A DNA stretch of 39,213 bases, taken from the NCBI GenBank assembly GCA_037137755.1, contig JBAXJR010000022.1, positions 1 to 39,213 on the forward strand. Direction: 5' to 3'. Positions 8,321 to 18,702 of the stretch are shown piece by piece. The notes under the pieces are model-generated. The model did not search any database. It saw nothing but the letters and a program-made list of their open reading frames with translations, and was not told where the DNA came from. A program made the position numbers and the translations under genes. The first letter of the stretch is position 1; each line of letters begins with the position of its first letter. The stretch comes from Methanomicrobiales archaeon. GTDB taxonomy: Archaea; Halobacteriota; Methanomicrobia; Methanomicrobiales; Methanospirillaceae.

Positions 8321-9877
8321 ATGAACACTGAAGATGCCTTATCGAGAACCTCGATCATTGTCATCGTAGTATCGATCATTTTGATCGTCGCCGCTGCAGG
8401 GGTGATGATCTTTTTCTCATCGAGCCCTGACAAAGTGCCGCGTATGAATGCAACGGTAGAGGCATCGGGAAACGTGGTATATCTCTATCATGACGGGGGG
8501 GACCCGTTTCCAAAGGACCGTCTCATTGTACGGGTAAACGGAGACGATGTCCCTGACAGCCAGGTCTCACTGCTTCACTCGCAGGACTGGCCTTGGACTG
8601 CAGGAAAGACAATAAAAGTCCAGTATTCAGGTAGCGCAAGCCCGGATACGGTCCAGGTTATCTACAGGAACGGTCAGAAACAGACCGTTGTAGTCTCCCA
8701 ACAATTGAACAGTGGTATCCCGGCCCAGATTACCCCCGTAATCACCATCGTACCAACAATATCGCCATCCGCCACACTGCCTGGAGAACCCGGGGTTACA
8801 CCAGGGATTGTCATACCAGTCGAGACATCGGAAATCCCGGTTATCCTTCCAATAACGATGGTCATCCCGCAGGTTACTCCTACACCACCGCATGCCAATT
8901 TTGCTGCAATGCCAACTTCAGGCCATCTCCCGCTCGATGTGCAGTTTACAGACCTTTCAACAGGCATCCCGACAAAATGGTCATGGAATTTTGGAGATGG
9001 AAGTGTATCCACTGAACGAACCCCGGTACATCGATATTCCACCCCGGGCAGTTATACGGTAAGCCTCGTGGTAGAAAATAAATTCGGGTCTGATAAAAAG
9101 TCCATTCCAGGATATATCTCTGCAGGCATTGCACCGGTTGCGAATTTTGCGGCTTCACCCCGGGATGGCACTGCACCGTTGGAAGTCCATTTCACGGACC
9201 TTTCAACAGGACAACCCGTAGTATGGTCATGGGACTTCGGTGATGGCATGAAGTCCCAGGAAGCAAATCCGACACATATCTACTCATCAGGTGGTTCCTA
9301 CCAGGTGACCCTCACGGTTGCAAATTCCTACGGGGCTGATACAAGGATCCAGAATTCGTATATTACCACGTCCTCGTCCCCCAGCCACGATGTCTACCTC
9401 TACGGAAGCTCTTCCGGTTATCTTGCACCTGAAGGATATATTGCCTGCACGGTCATTACCACCGACTCCTGGATCAAGATAGCAGGGAGAGTGTACCGGT
9501 TTACGGAGGGGGATAATGTTCAGCTCATCATCATGGATCCTTCATCAGGGGTAATAGATGCATCTTCGTCTACCATCACCGGGTTTGACTTTAATAAAGT
9601 AGACATGTATGTGAACGGAGCCCTTGCCCAGGAAGGAATAGTCACTGACGTAGGCATCACGGGCTACCGGAATTACCGTTCCTCAACAACTCTCATAATC
9701 CCGGTAGGAGATAGTACAACCGTTTTCTTTGCAGACGGGCGCAGGACACTCATAAGCCCAGGACAACAGCTAATTATCAGGAATTTCAAACCAGACACTA
9801 CCGGCAGAATGGTCTTCACAAAAACGATCGGGGAGGTATTTTACAAAGGCGGGGCTGAATCCTGGCAGCTGGTATGA
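8321..9877 (+). CDS. Archaeal type IV pilin-like N-terminal domain fused to a Pro/Thr linker, two PKD domains and a C-terminal beta domain
   Basis: MNTEDA|LS plus hydrophobic helix (class III signal-like); LYHDGGD...WTAG pilin-domain motif; two PKD repeats (WSWNFGDG, WSWDFGDG). Confidence 0.85.
   Translation: MNTEDALSRTSIIVIVVSIILIVAAAGVMIFFSSSPDKVPRMNATVEASGNVVYLYHDGGDPFPKDRLIVRVNGDDVPDSQVSLLHSQDWPWTAGKTIKVQYSGSASPDTVQVIYRNGQKQTVVVSQQLNSGIPAQITPVITIVPTISPSATLPGEPGVTPGIVIPVETSEIPVILPITMVIPQVTPTPPHANFAAMPTSGHLPLDVQFTDLSTGIPTKWSWNFGDGSVSTERTPVHRYSTPGSYTVSLVVENKFGSDKKSIPGYISAGIAPVANFAASPRDGTAPLEVHFTDLSTGQPVVWSWDFGDGMKSQEANPTHIYSSGGSYQVTLTVANSYGADTRIQNSYITTSSSPSHDVYLYGSSSGYLAPEGYIACTVITTDSWIKIAGRVYRFTEGDNVQLIIMDPSSGVIDASSSTITGFDFNKVDMYVNGALAQEGIVTDVGITGYRNYRSSTTLIIPVGDSTTVFFADGRRTLISPGQQLIIRNFKPDTTGRMVFTKTIGEVFYKGGAESWQLV
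8890..9370 (+). repeat. Tandem intragenic PKD duplication (246-bp period)
   Basis: GACCTTTCAACAGG at 8951 and 9197, each followed by TGGTCATGG...GG.GATGG. Confidence 0.75.
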
Positions 9878-10199
9878 TTCAATAATTTTTGGCAGGGTGA
9901 AAAAAACAGGTACCCGGTACCTGGATCTTTGCGGGGGATATTTTTTTTATACGGTTGTCAGGACACGAGGAAATATAAGGCTTGGGTCCCTTTTGACGCA
10001 TCAAATAGATGGGATTCATGTATCCTGTTACGAAATAGTTATAGGACAAAACATCGCATCCAATAAGCAGATTGATCATGTCGTCTTAACAAAAACAACG
10101 ACACCACTCTGCATGATGATAACATCTGTTATACAACGCTCTGGTAGATTCCCGGTATAACAGGGAAGATTATTCATATCCCAATGGAGGTCAAAAACC

Positions 10200-11105
10200 A
10201 TGAAAAACAGATTATTGGCCATTATGTTCGCCCTTACCATTTTTGGTATGATCCTTATCATGCCCGTATCTGCAGCAGATCCGCCTATGGCATCAGCATC
10301 ACACGAGAAAGTAATCATATATGCGACTAATTTTACGACAAACCCATCATGGCAGACGAATAATCCAACCCGTTACTACTGGGAACCGCAGAAGGGGATG
10401 TATCATTATCTCGTTCAGCCAGGTACCGGAGGGTATTCATATATACCTGTTAATTATGACGAAGAGTCGTTTGCCCTTGAATATGATTTTTACCCGATAA
10501 GGACCGATAAGGAAATGTCGTTCCAGTTTGGCATGGGCAGCAACGAAATGGATATTACCAAGGGAACAAATGTTTTGTCTCTCTTTACCAACAAGAAAAA
10601 CGGAAAGCTGATGTGGCTACAGGTGATCACCCAGAACAATAACCGGGTTGATGTAAGCAGCGCCCATGACACCTATGGTGGCCCCACGACGAATTATGAA
10701 GACAACCAGACATACCATGTCGTCGTCAGGTACAATAAAGAGCTGAAGAACGCGGATATCAAGGTCAGTTATAAAAGCAACCAGACGGTTTTATGGGGTT
10801 ATTATGTTAATTTCGCCCAGGAACTCCATACCCTGAACAGGCTTATGATCTCATCAGTAGGAATGTACGGGAATACCGAATCTGTTGCAGAAGGTTTCAT
10901 TGATAATGTGGAACTGTCAACAATGCGTGATGTAATTCCAACACCGCCAACTGCGACACCGATAATCACGACACCAGTCACAACCGCAACAACAATACCG
11001 GCGACAACCACGCCGACACCGACAAAGTCACCCGGATCTCCCGTTACCTTGATCCTGGCGCTGGGAATTGCCGGGGTTGGTGCATTAATGGTTCACAGAA
11101 AATAG
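10200..11105 (+). CDS. Secreted/cell-surface protein with Thr/Pro linker and C-terminal membrane anchor
   Basis: Signal peptide ending PVSA; Asn/Tyr-rich beta domain; TPPTATP...TTTPTPTKSPG, then a hydrophobic helix and HRK. Confidence 0.85.
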   Translation: MKNRLLAIMFALTIFGMILIMPVSAADPPMASASHEKVIIYATNFTTNPSWQTNNPTRYYWEPQKGMYHYLVQPGTGGYSYIPVNYDEESFALEYDFYPIRTDKEMSFQFGMGSNEMDITKGTNVLSLFTNKKNGKLMWLQVITQNNNRVDVSSAHDTYGGPTTNYEDNQTYHVVVRYNKELKNADIKVSYKSNQTVLWGYYVNFAQELHTLNRLMISSVGMYGNTESVAEGFIDNVELSTMRDVIPTPPTATPIITTPVTTATTIPATTTPTPTKSPGSPVTLILALGIAGVGALMVHRK

Positions 11106-11185
11106 TAACCCTCTTTTTTATTGGTGTCCGTAATTTTTGTTACCAGATCGCTTAATACCGCTGAATAATAAATCACTCTCCGGGA

Positions 11186-12052
11186 ATGCTCATGGATGAC
11201 CAGCAAGACGAACATATTATCGAAGCGATAGGAAAAAGCCGTATTCTGATCAGGGATGGTAAAATTATTGAGGTGGGTAGCGCGATGATCAGCTCGTGCC
11301 CGCTGGCGGAACGTTTTGCCAAACCAGTTCACCTGATCACGCCCAAAGCGGTTGAAGAGAATTTTTCCAACAGGATCGCAGTGTATGGAATGTGCACCAG
11401 TGAACGGGAGATACTTGGCAGCGGGGAATTCGTCGGGTTTGGTGCATCAGAACTGATGAGTGCAGGGCTGAAGTTAGGGATCATAGACTGTGCAGTAATT
11501 GCTTCTGACGGGGCGGGCACCGTTATTGTCAGGAGCCCCGAACTAGTACAGGGCATAGGGGGGCGTATGTCAGGGCTTGTGAAGACTTCCCCCATTACGG
11601 GTATAATCAGAAAGATTGAAGATGCAGGGGGAATTGTCCTCGATCCGGAAACCGCACGGATTGACCAGCCTGCAGGGACAGTACTAGCTTTTACCGAAGG
11701 CTACCGCCGTATTGCAGTCACGGTTGCCTCCGCGGCAGATGCTGCGAAGATCCGGGTAACCTGTCCAGGTGCATTGATTATTGCTGTGCATACAACGGGT
11801 ATCTCCAGGGAAGATGCAGAGGGACTGGCGGTTACCGCTGATCTCATCACGGCATGCGCATCCAAATGGATACGGGAAATCGCGGGGAAAAAAGCACTTC
11901 TCCAGGCAGGTACAGCCATCCCGGTATTCGCCATGACGAGGCAGGGCAAGGATCTTATCCTCGATAAACTGAAGGCAACCAATGAACCGGTTTTTCTTAA
12001 AAGCGCCCGTCTGCCATTTGCAGGCGATATTCAGCCAGTACCGCTCATATAA
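11186..12052 (+). CDS. Methanogenesis marker protein 8 (DUF2099)
   Basis: DEHIIEAIGKSRI.IRDG...CPLA...RI..YGM...FVGFGASE...DGAGT...VQGIGGRMSGL.KTSPI...VHTTG...CASK; start may be ATG 11192. Confidence 0.88.
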   Translation: MLMDDQQDEHIIEAIGKSRILIRDGKIIEVGSAMISSCPLAERFAKPVHLITPKAVEENFSNRIAVYGMCTSEREILGSGEFVGFGASELMSAGLKLGIIDCAVIASDGAGTVIVRSPELVQGIGGRMSGLVKTSPITGIIRKIEDAGGIVLDPETARIDQPAGTVLAFTEGYRRIAVTVASAADAAKIRVTCPGALIIAVHTTGISREDAEGLAVTADLITACASKWIREIAGKKALLQAGTAIPVFAMTRQGKDLILDKLKATNEPVFLKSARLPFAGDIQPVPLI

Positions 12053-12175
12053 GAGATGGGATAAATGTACCTCCGGAATTCTATGAGGTTCTGACAACCC
12101 GGGATCTCTTTTTAGAATTATTTAACCAGGATCTGAGGATCCTGCATGGTAACAACCCGGGTAAGCAGACACGGA

Positions 12176-12988
12176 TTATTCGTTCACATGGTCATAGAGC
12201 AACGTCTCCCTTGAAATCATGAAAGCCGCCGCGATATCTCCATCGGGACCAATAATTGGTCCGGCATAAAAATACCGCGTGATCTCCCCTTCCTCCACCA
12301 TGTATACCTCTTCGTCACAGACAGGTCTGCCGGAACGAAAAACAGACCGAATCATATCTTCGATCCTGGCGGATTCTGAAGACAGAATCTGAATTTCATG
12401 GGGAAACTTCCCTATGAATTCCCCGGCTCCGATCCCTGCAGACTCTGCCTGGGCCGTGTTTACAAACATGAAATGGCATTCCCCATCAAAAATACTGATT
12501 TCATCGGGGAATTTTTCAATGATCTGGTGGAGCAGGTCTCGTTCTGCCCTGGCTTCAAGGAGCAGTGATTCAGGTTTTGGGTCCTTCCGTTCCCATTTAT
12601 CTGTTTCGAGGAGGTCAAGAAAATAAATCAATGCCCCGCAATACGATCCGTCTGCCCTGTGAAGGGGAAGGGTCCGGGAGACCACGAGCAGGGTTGACAG
12701 GTCCTTCCGGAGTACTTTGTGGAGCGTATGGGCACCTTCTTTATCAACGACCTTGTTACCTGATGCCTCAGAATCTGCAAATGTAAGGTACTCGACCGGT
12801 GAGTGTCCAATCATCTCTTCCTGTGAACAACCAACCATGGCTGCGCCTTTCGGATTTACTACGATTATGTGATTGTTCTGGTCAAGGTACCAGATCCCCT
12901 CACCGGCATTATCAATAATGAAATGGACCAGCGATGGCGGAAACTCTCCCCGCCAGTGAATTTCGTGTGGGCGCTCCTTCTTATTCAT
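12176..12988 (-). CDS. Tandem PAS-domain protein without output domain
   Basis: PAS1 IIDNAGEGIWYLD...VN...EEMIG...DGSYCG; PAS2 IIEKFPDEISIFD...FVN...FIGK...PIIGPDGDI; ATG 12988 preferred over 13042. Confidence 0.8.
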   Translation of the reverse strand: MNKKERPHEIHWRGEFPPSLVHFIIDNAGEGIWYLDQNNHIIVVNPKGAAMVGCSQEEMIGHSPVEYLTFADSEASGNKVVDKEGAHTLHKVLRKDLSTLLVVSRTLPLHRADGSYCGALIYFLDLLETDKWERKDPKPESLLLEARAERDLLHQIIEKFPDEISIFDGECHFMFVNTAQAESAGIGAGEFIGKFPHEIQILSSESARIEDMIRSVFRSGRPVCDEEVYMVEEGEITRYFYAGPIIGPDGDIAAAFMISRETLLYDHVNE

Positions 12989-13246
12989 AGGATTAACCAG
13001 TTCTGATCGATTCGTGGAATATTTATGTCCCTTTGGAAGCATTTTTTTTGCTGGGTTAAATTAGGGTCAATATCTGAAGAAGATATCTTTAAGGACAATG
13101 AAACGTAGGGCAGGTGGTGGTATATCCCGGTTACAAGGGCCGGATTCCGACCATGCATTCAGGGGTAGTACTGGCAGCGGATACATGGCACAGGAGATCA
13201 GGATCAACGCTAATCAGGGTTGATATTCCGGGGCCACTGCCAAAGA

Positions 13247-14071
13247 TCAGGAGTACAGCGTCTTTGCAATCGTCCCCACTGCAATCAGGATAAACATCAC
13301 GGCAATTATCTTCTTTAACGATTCCGCAGAGATCCGGGGGGCAAGTCTTGACCCGATTTGTGCTCCGAAAAAACCACCTGTTGCAAATGTGACCGCAAGA
13401 ACCGGCAGGATGTGGCCAAGTGCAAGATGTACTGCGGCACCCGATAGCGAGGTGAAAAAGATAATAAACGTGGAACTTGCAGCAGCAAAATGGATTGGCA
13501 TACCAAGGATGAACAAGGCTGGCACGTTGATAACTCCACCCCCAAGGCCACATACCGCACCTATCAGTCCTGAAAGGGCCCCCCAGATAATGAGGTGGAG
13601 GTAATACATCCTCATCGTTACGCAGGTTGAAAACCGGTCCCTGCACTCCTCGCTAAAAGACGGTCCGAACGTAATCGGAAAAATCAGCGTGCGGTCTCCG
13701 GAAAGCATGGCGACGGCGAAGAGAATTATTACCCCGGAAAAGATCAGGGCAAGCCATGAACCCGGTAGTAACGCGGTGAGAAGGCCCCCTATAACCGCAC
13801 CGATAATTCCCGGAATAATCATAACAATGGCGGCCCGGTAGAATATCCTCCCCTGCCGGGCGAAAGAAAACGACCCGGAAAAGGATGTTGCAACAATTAC
13901 CGCAAGGCTCGTCCCAACAGCCATCTTCTGGTCAAGACCAAAAAGGATGGTGAATACCGGGACCATCAGGAACCCGCCACCGACTCCAAGGACCGCTGCA
14001 AGTATTCCGATTCCGATTGCTATGATTATTGCAATAATATATTCGAGCAGTATACCATCTCCTAACGGCAA
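13247..14071 (-). CDS. Sulfite exporter TauE/SafE (TSUP) family membrane protein
   Basis: Duplicated motif LGVGGGFLMVP...AVGTSL and CGLGGGVINVP...AAASS; about 8 TM segments. Confidence 0.9.
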   Translation of the reverse strand: MPLGDGILLEYIIAIIIAIGIGILAAVLGVGGGFLMVPVFTILFGLDQKMAVGTSLAVIVATSFSGSFSFARQGRIFYRAAIVMIIPGIIGAVIGGLLTALLPGSWLALIFSGVIILFAVAMLSGDRTLIFPITFGPSFSEECRDRFSTCVTMRMYYLHLIIWGALSGLIGAVCGLGGGVINVPALFILGMPIHFAAASSTFIIFFTSLSGAAVHLALGHILPVLAVTFATGGFFGAQIGSRLAPRISAESLKKIIAVMFILIAVGTIAKTLYS

Positions 14072-14340
14072 CGTACCTGAACGAAATAATGTGAGGTAAC
14101 CGGATAAATGGTTGGAATTTGAACCATGGTGACGTCCATCACATCATGGTATTAAACATTTCCGGGAAAATCCGCTCGTTTGAAGGGAGTTCAATCTCAA
14201 AGGAACACACCGCATTGCTGCTGATTGCAAGGATTCCAATTAAAAAGGAGGGGATTGCGTCGGGATAATACGTAGTGGAACAGAGTCAACACCGTGCAAA
14301 ATACTTCAAATGGAAAGATACTTTTGACACAACCAAAAAA

Positions 14341-14721
14341 TTAAAGATTTTTAGGCTTATTAGACCACAAGCCATGTTTATTGCAGTACGAACGGGCTTT
14401 CACATCAGTTGAGGTGACGGGAAATTCCGCTTCCGGTGAATCACCCGGTTGAAGACCCTTAACATAGAGGTAACTACCTGATGTAACTTCGATCCATTCA
14501 ATGTGGTGTTCTCCCTCCATAGGGTGCGGGACGGAACCGACTTTTACCGTGATCCCATTTCCTGTCTTCTCGACAACGGGCAGGTGTTTTTCTTTTCCCT
14601 GGTCTTCTGCCTTTTCAATTTGCAGTTCCATCGGTTGGTTGCAACAGACTGATATACCCACTCCGCTGTGGATTACCATGACAATCTTACCGCATACGTT
14701 ACATTTCATTACTTCAAGCAT
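14341..14721 (-). CDS. dfx: Desulfoferrodoxin (2Fe superoxide reductase)
   Basis: Desulforedoxin CNVCG...CC; active-site EKHLP, PHPM..EHHIEWI, YCNKHGLW. Confidence 0.93.
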   Translation of the reverse strand: MLEVMKCNVCGKIVMVIHSGVGISVCCNQPMELQIEKAEDQGKEKHLPVVEKTGNGITVKVGSVPHPMEGEHHIEWIEVTSGSYLYVKGLQPGDSPEAEFPVTSTDVKARSYCNKHGLWSNKPKNL

Positions 14722-14932
14722 ATGGTTTGCCTCTGTAGTAGGGAGCTATCCATTGAGATATAATTGTATCGATAGGTCTGATTTGCCAGAGAAGGGGGGG
14801 TAGCAATAAGGCCCGGGTGGATAGATCGGCCCACAGCCCTTTATTTCACTGCCAGTCACTGACGAAAATTGGTATCTACATTGAGCACCTATGGTAAAGG
14901 TGACTGCTTGACCAGCCAGAATAAACGGGAGG

Positions 14933-16018
14933 ATGTTTTGTCTCATGTATTCGTGCCGCTATTACCGGATATATGATATCGGCCGGGAAATTAACCTCGA
15001 ACTACTCGAAAAAGCTCTTGCTGAAGCGCTGGCAGCAAATTATTCACTGGGTCGTGCCAGTTTCCAGCGGGTCCAGCCTAAATCGATTATGATGGAGGAA
15101 CCACCCCTCATGCTCAGAATGGATACAGTCCGTGTGAGCCGGGGTGGGCGGGACTTTGGTTTCTGGGTTATCGCGAAGGTCTACGATATCGGGGCGATAA
15201 GTCTCTGTTTTGTGTATGAAAACAGCGAATCCCCGATGAAAGACCTGGAAGATACTGCAATCCTCTTCTACGGGCAGGAGGGACTGGCAGGTACTTTCCA
15301 GCAATACCTGACAACAATAGGGAATATTCTCAGACCGTACCTCAGGGATTTGACCATTGATCATGAATTTTTTGAGGATTACACAATCTACGTAATGGAC
15401 AGGATTGACCACACCATCGACCCGGTCACCCTTATGACCGGAGAGCGGGCAAATATTTCACCTCAGATGCGCGAGGAGATCACAAGGAACTCACTTTCCT
15501 ACCGTACCGATGACCTGGCCATCCTTTCATGGGATTCAGCCCTTTTATGCGAACCTGAAAACCCTACCGATATTATTGACCTGATAGAATTTGCAAACGT
15601 TCAGGTACTTGAACTCCGGTATTATGACCGTGAACTGACACGCCAGATGGAAAAGATGTACGATGATATCGACCTTGCGGACAAACTTCCAGGGTTCCGC
15701 CGGAGCAGGCAGTACCATGCAATTATGGCCGGGCAGGTGAGGACCTCCGCAGAAATATCGGAGATAACGGAAAAAGTAAATAACCTCATCAAGGTCACGG
15801 AAGACGTCTATTATGCCCGCGTGTATGACATGGTACTTAAGGTGAGCCGGAGCCGCCAGTGGAGTGACAGTGTCAGCAGGAAAATTGAAGTAATCCAGGA
15901 GACCTACTCCATGTTATCAGACGAAGTGCGGATCCAGCATTCCAATAACCTGGAATGGGTTATTATCGTGCTTATTGCACTCGAATTTGTGTTAGCGATC
16001 TGGCAGACACTTAAATAA
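14933..16018 (+). CDS. Hypothetical protein, RMD1/DUF155-like, with C-terminal TM helix
   Basis: 361 aa; helical C-terminal half ending H SNNLEWVIIVLIALE, typical of RMD1-family termini; start may be ATG 14945. Confidence 0.65.
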   Translation: MFCLMYSCRYYRIYDIGREINLELLEKALAEALAANYSLGRASFQRVQPKSIMMEEPPLMLRMDTVRVSRGGRDFGFWVIAKVYDIGAISLCFVYENSESPMKDLEDTAILFYGQEGLAGTFQQYLTTIGNILRPYLRDLTIDHEFFEDYTIYVMDRIDHTIDPVTLMTGERANISPQMREEITRNSLSYRTDDLAILSWDSALLCEPENPTDIIDLIEFANVQVLELRYYDRELTRQMEKMYDDIDLADKLPGFRRSRQYHAIMAGQVRTSAEISEITEKVNNLIKVTEDVYYARVYDMVLKVSRSRQWSDSVSRKIEVIQETYSMLSDEVRIQHSNNLEWVIIVLIALEFVLAIWQTLK

Positions 16019-16120
16019 GCCGGATCCCTGGATTTCTTGTATTTTCAAGGAGTGCGAAAATGGTGGTGAGGTAAAAGGGGTAACCAATCCCACCTACTAC
16101 CAGAGGATAACGTGGTATGA

Positions 16121-16591
16121 ATGGCATTCAATTGTAAACTGTGCGGGACATGTTGCATGTACCTCGGAGATTATATTGAGATTGACCGGCAGGTCGGCCC
16201 GTTTGAATTTGAATGTAGTTCTGTCTCCACCGGGACGCCATTTTTTGCAAGGGTTGACGAGGATAAACGTGCCCTCTTCCTCGACAGGACATGGATTCAG
16301 GAACACCCGTCAGCATGCCGGTTTCTTCGCCCTTCCGGTGAACGGATCGTATGTACAATCCATGAAACAAGTGCAGCACAGTGCAAATTCTACCGGTGCG
16401 TGGTTTTCCGGGTGTATTCACCTGAAAGAAAGTTCCTGGGAACGGTGACCGGGACTCTGGCATTGCATACAGAGGATAAGGAGTTACAATCTGCCTGGGA
16501 GAGGGGAGACAGGGTCATTCCATGGGACTCACCTGATGTGGAGGACAGGATAGCGGCCTATCTCGTTGAAAACGGATATATCCCGGAGTAA
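16121..16591 (+). CDS. YkgJ-family cysteine-cluster (CxxCxxCC) protein
   Basis: FNCKLCGTCC ... CRFL ... CTIHE ... QCKFY. Confidence 0.88.
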   Translation: MAFNCKLCGTCCMYLGDYIEIDRQVGPFEFECSSVSTGTPFFARVDEDKRALFLDRTWIQEHPSACRFLRPSGERIVCTIHETSAAQCKFYRCVVFRVYSPERKFLGTVTGTLALHTEDKELQSAWERGDRVIPWDSPDVEDRIAAYLVENGYIPE

Positions 16592-16745
16592 TCTCAACGC
16601 GTTAAGATTGCAGGAACGTTGCTCAAACGGGAAGGATTGGCAGTGAGCAAAAACCCTGTGGATGCTTCGGGATCCAATCCGGGCGCCCATTTTTCGTCTT
16701 ACTCCGGAATGTTAATTGCTTCAGGTGGAGAATTGGCAGTTAGCT

Positions 16746-17654
16746 ATGATCCCACGCGAGGTTGTCACCGGTACAGTCTTTGCGGGACACGACTGTGCCG
16801 GTCACCCGGAATCCCAGTCAAGGCTGCTCTGTGCGATGAAAGGTATTCCCGGGGATGTAAGGGTCCTCAAACCCGAAATGGCTACCCCTGAAGACCTGGC
16901 AAGATCGCACGATGAAGGATATCCTGAGATGGTAGAAGAGCGTTGCCGGGAATGTCTTCCGGGAAAGTGCCTTCACCTGGACTCTGACACGTACATTACC
17001 AGTAAATCCTATAATATTGCACGGCTGGCTGCAGGATCTGCGATAACAACCGTTCAGCGGGTCTTTGAAGGCAGCCATTGCTTTGCTCTGGTCAGGCCAC
17101 CGGGCCATCATGCAGGTCGCAGGCAGGCGATGGGATTTTGTATATTCAATAATGCAGCAATCGCGGCCTCATATGCACTGTTGCGATGTGACAGGGTCGC
17201 AATCGTTGACTGGGACGTACATCACGGCAACGGCACCCAGGAAATTTTCTATGATTCCCCTGAGGTACTGTATTGTTCCATCCACGAGGCAGGCCTTTTT
17301 CCCGGCACGGGAACGCCGGATGAAACAGGTTCCGGGGCAGGAAAAGGGTTCACACTGAATGTTCCGCTGCCCGCCGGATCATCCATCATTGAGTACCAGG
17401 CAGCATTTGAACACATCATTATCCCGGGACTGCAAAAATACCAGCCCGAGGTCATTATTGTCTCTGCCGGCCAGGACTGTCTATCAGATGACCCTCTTGG
17501 GGATATGGCCCTCAACCCTGCAGATTTTGGTGAGATGACAAGGTGGCTGTGTGAATGTGCCGGCGGGCCGGTGGCGTTCATCCTTGAAGGGGGGTACGGC
17601 CCGTCACACGGTGAGGCCGTTGCGGAAATTTTCAGGGCCTTGGGACGCGGCTGA
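16746..17654 (+). CDS. Histone deacetylase-family Zn-dependent amidohydrolase
   Basis: HPE...RL, RPPGHHA, GFCIFNN, VDWDVHHGNGT, SAGQD...DPLG, LEGGY; ATG 16746 preferred over TTG 16716. Confidence 0.93.
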   Translation: MIPREVVTGTVFAGHDCAGHPESQSRLLCAMKGIPGDVRVLKPEMATPEDLARSHDEGYPEMVEERCRECLPGKCLHLDSDTYITSKSYNIARLAAGSAITTVQRVFEGSHCFALVRPPGHHAGRRQAMGFCIFNNAAIAASYALLRCDRVAIVDWDVHHGNGTQEIFYDSPEVLYCSIHEAGLFPGTGTPDETGSGAGKGFTLNVPLPAGSSIIEYQAAFEHIIIPGLQKYQPEVIIVSAGQDCLSDDPLGDMALNPADFGEMTRWLCECAGGPVAFILEGGYGPSHGEAVAEIFRALGRG

Positions 17655-17932
17655 TAAGACGGGATCCTCGTGATTACATTCTCAAGGTCAGGACAATAAT
17701 GGTCTGCCCGGTAGAAGAATGGGACCTGGCCGGCCTGGACCAGGTGCACTCCTTTCCTTTTTCCGGCATACCGTTTTGTTAAGCAGAACTGGAGATTATT
17801 TTTCCCGCCAAAGGTAACGTGCCCCAGGATTTGCGAAGTTACTATGCATGGCATTATTGAAAGGCAAATATTCATCACTCGAAGCTTCAATCCCATCTAT
17901 ATCCCAGGTGATGGGATGTTGGGGGGAAATAG

Positions 17933-18364
17933 ATGAAGAGCGGATCGAAGGATACATGGGACCTTACCATGAACCTGAAGCGGGAAGGGCTTAATAATAT
18001 TCTCGCAATATGTGGCAGCAGGGCTTTCGAATATCTGGTGACAAGCCTCTGGGATCAGGACAAATGGGTACGGATTGCAGCTGCAGATGCACTTGCCGGA
18101 TTAAAGGATATCCGGGCCTACCGTTACATGGTAGCGCTCCTCGGGGATACGGACCCTGATGTCAGGTTTGCTATATCGGTGTCCCTCGGAAAACTGGGGG
18201 ATGCGCGTGCAATCAGGCCTCTTGAGTCTGCAAGCCATGACAGGAATTACTTTGTACGCCAGGGCGCAGGGGAATCATTGAAACTACTCAATGAAATCAC
18301 TGCGGGCAGAGGATGGCAGCGCGGGAATAATACCGCGGGACCAGCCTGTCCCGGTTCAAATTAA
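17933..18364 (+). CDS. HEAT (PBS-lyase-type) repeat protein
   Basis: Three repeats: L.D.DKWVRIAAADAL, L.DTDPDVRFA...LGKLGD.RAI..L, DRNYFVRQGA..SL. Confidence 0.85.
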   Translation: MKSGSKDTWDLTMNLKREGLNNILAICGSRAFEYLVTSLWDQDKWVRIAAADALAGLKDIRAYRYMVALLGDTDPDVRFAISVSLGKLGDARAIRPLESASHDRNYFVRQGAGESLKLLNEITAGRGWQRGNNTAGPACPGSN

Positions 18365-18702
18365 TCCAGCCTTAAATAGAGGAAAATATTCATCCTTATA
18401 TTTTCGCGGCATTCATATACCAAAACCAGTTGCATTCCATTTTTCCCAGCCCCTGATCACCGGGACAGGCCCATTGGTAGTAACCGGGGCACTCGCGGGA
18501 ACAAGTCCTGAAGGTGCACGGGGTCCCTTTGATACCAGGCGATTATAACCCGGCCAAAACCCTTCCACCTTACGGATCTCCACCCTTGTATAAGGTAATG
18601 CTGCTACCACCGGTATCAGGTGGGAGACGCTACACCTTCTTTAACAGCAAACCGGTATAAAAAAAGGTTTCCAGGTAAAGAGGGGTATTTTCGTGCCCCT
18701 GC

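Noticed and set aside
9907-9923. CAGGTAC-CCG-GTACCTG hairpin after the pilin-PKD gene
   Set aside because: Single short inverted repeat near T-tracts; at most an ordinary terminator element.
18413-18610. 65-aa minus-strand ORF or possible ncRNA in the 340-bp gap between HEAT and CHAD genes
   Set aside because: GTG start without clear SD, no motif and no recognisable RNA family; cannot be supported from sequence alone.
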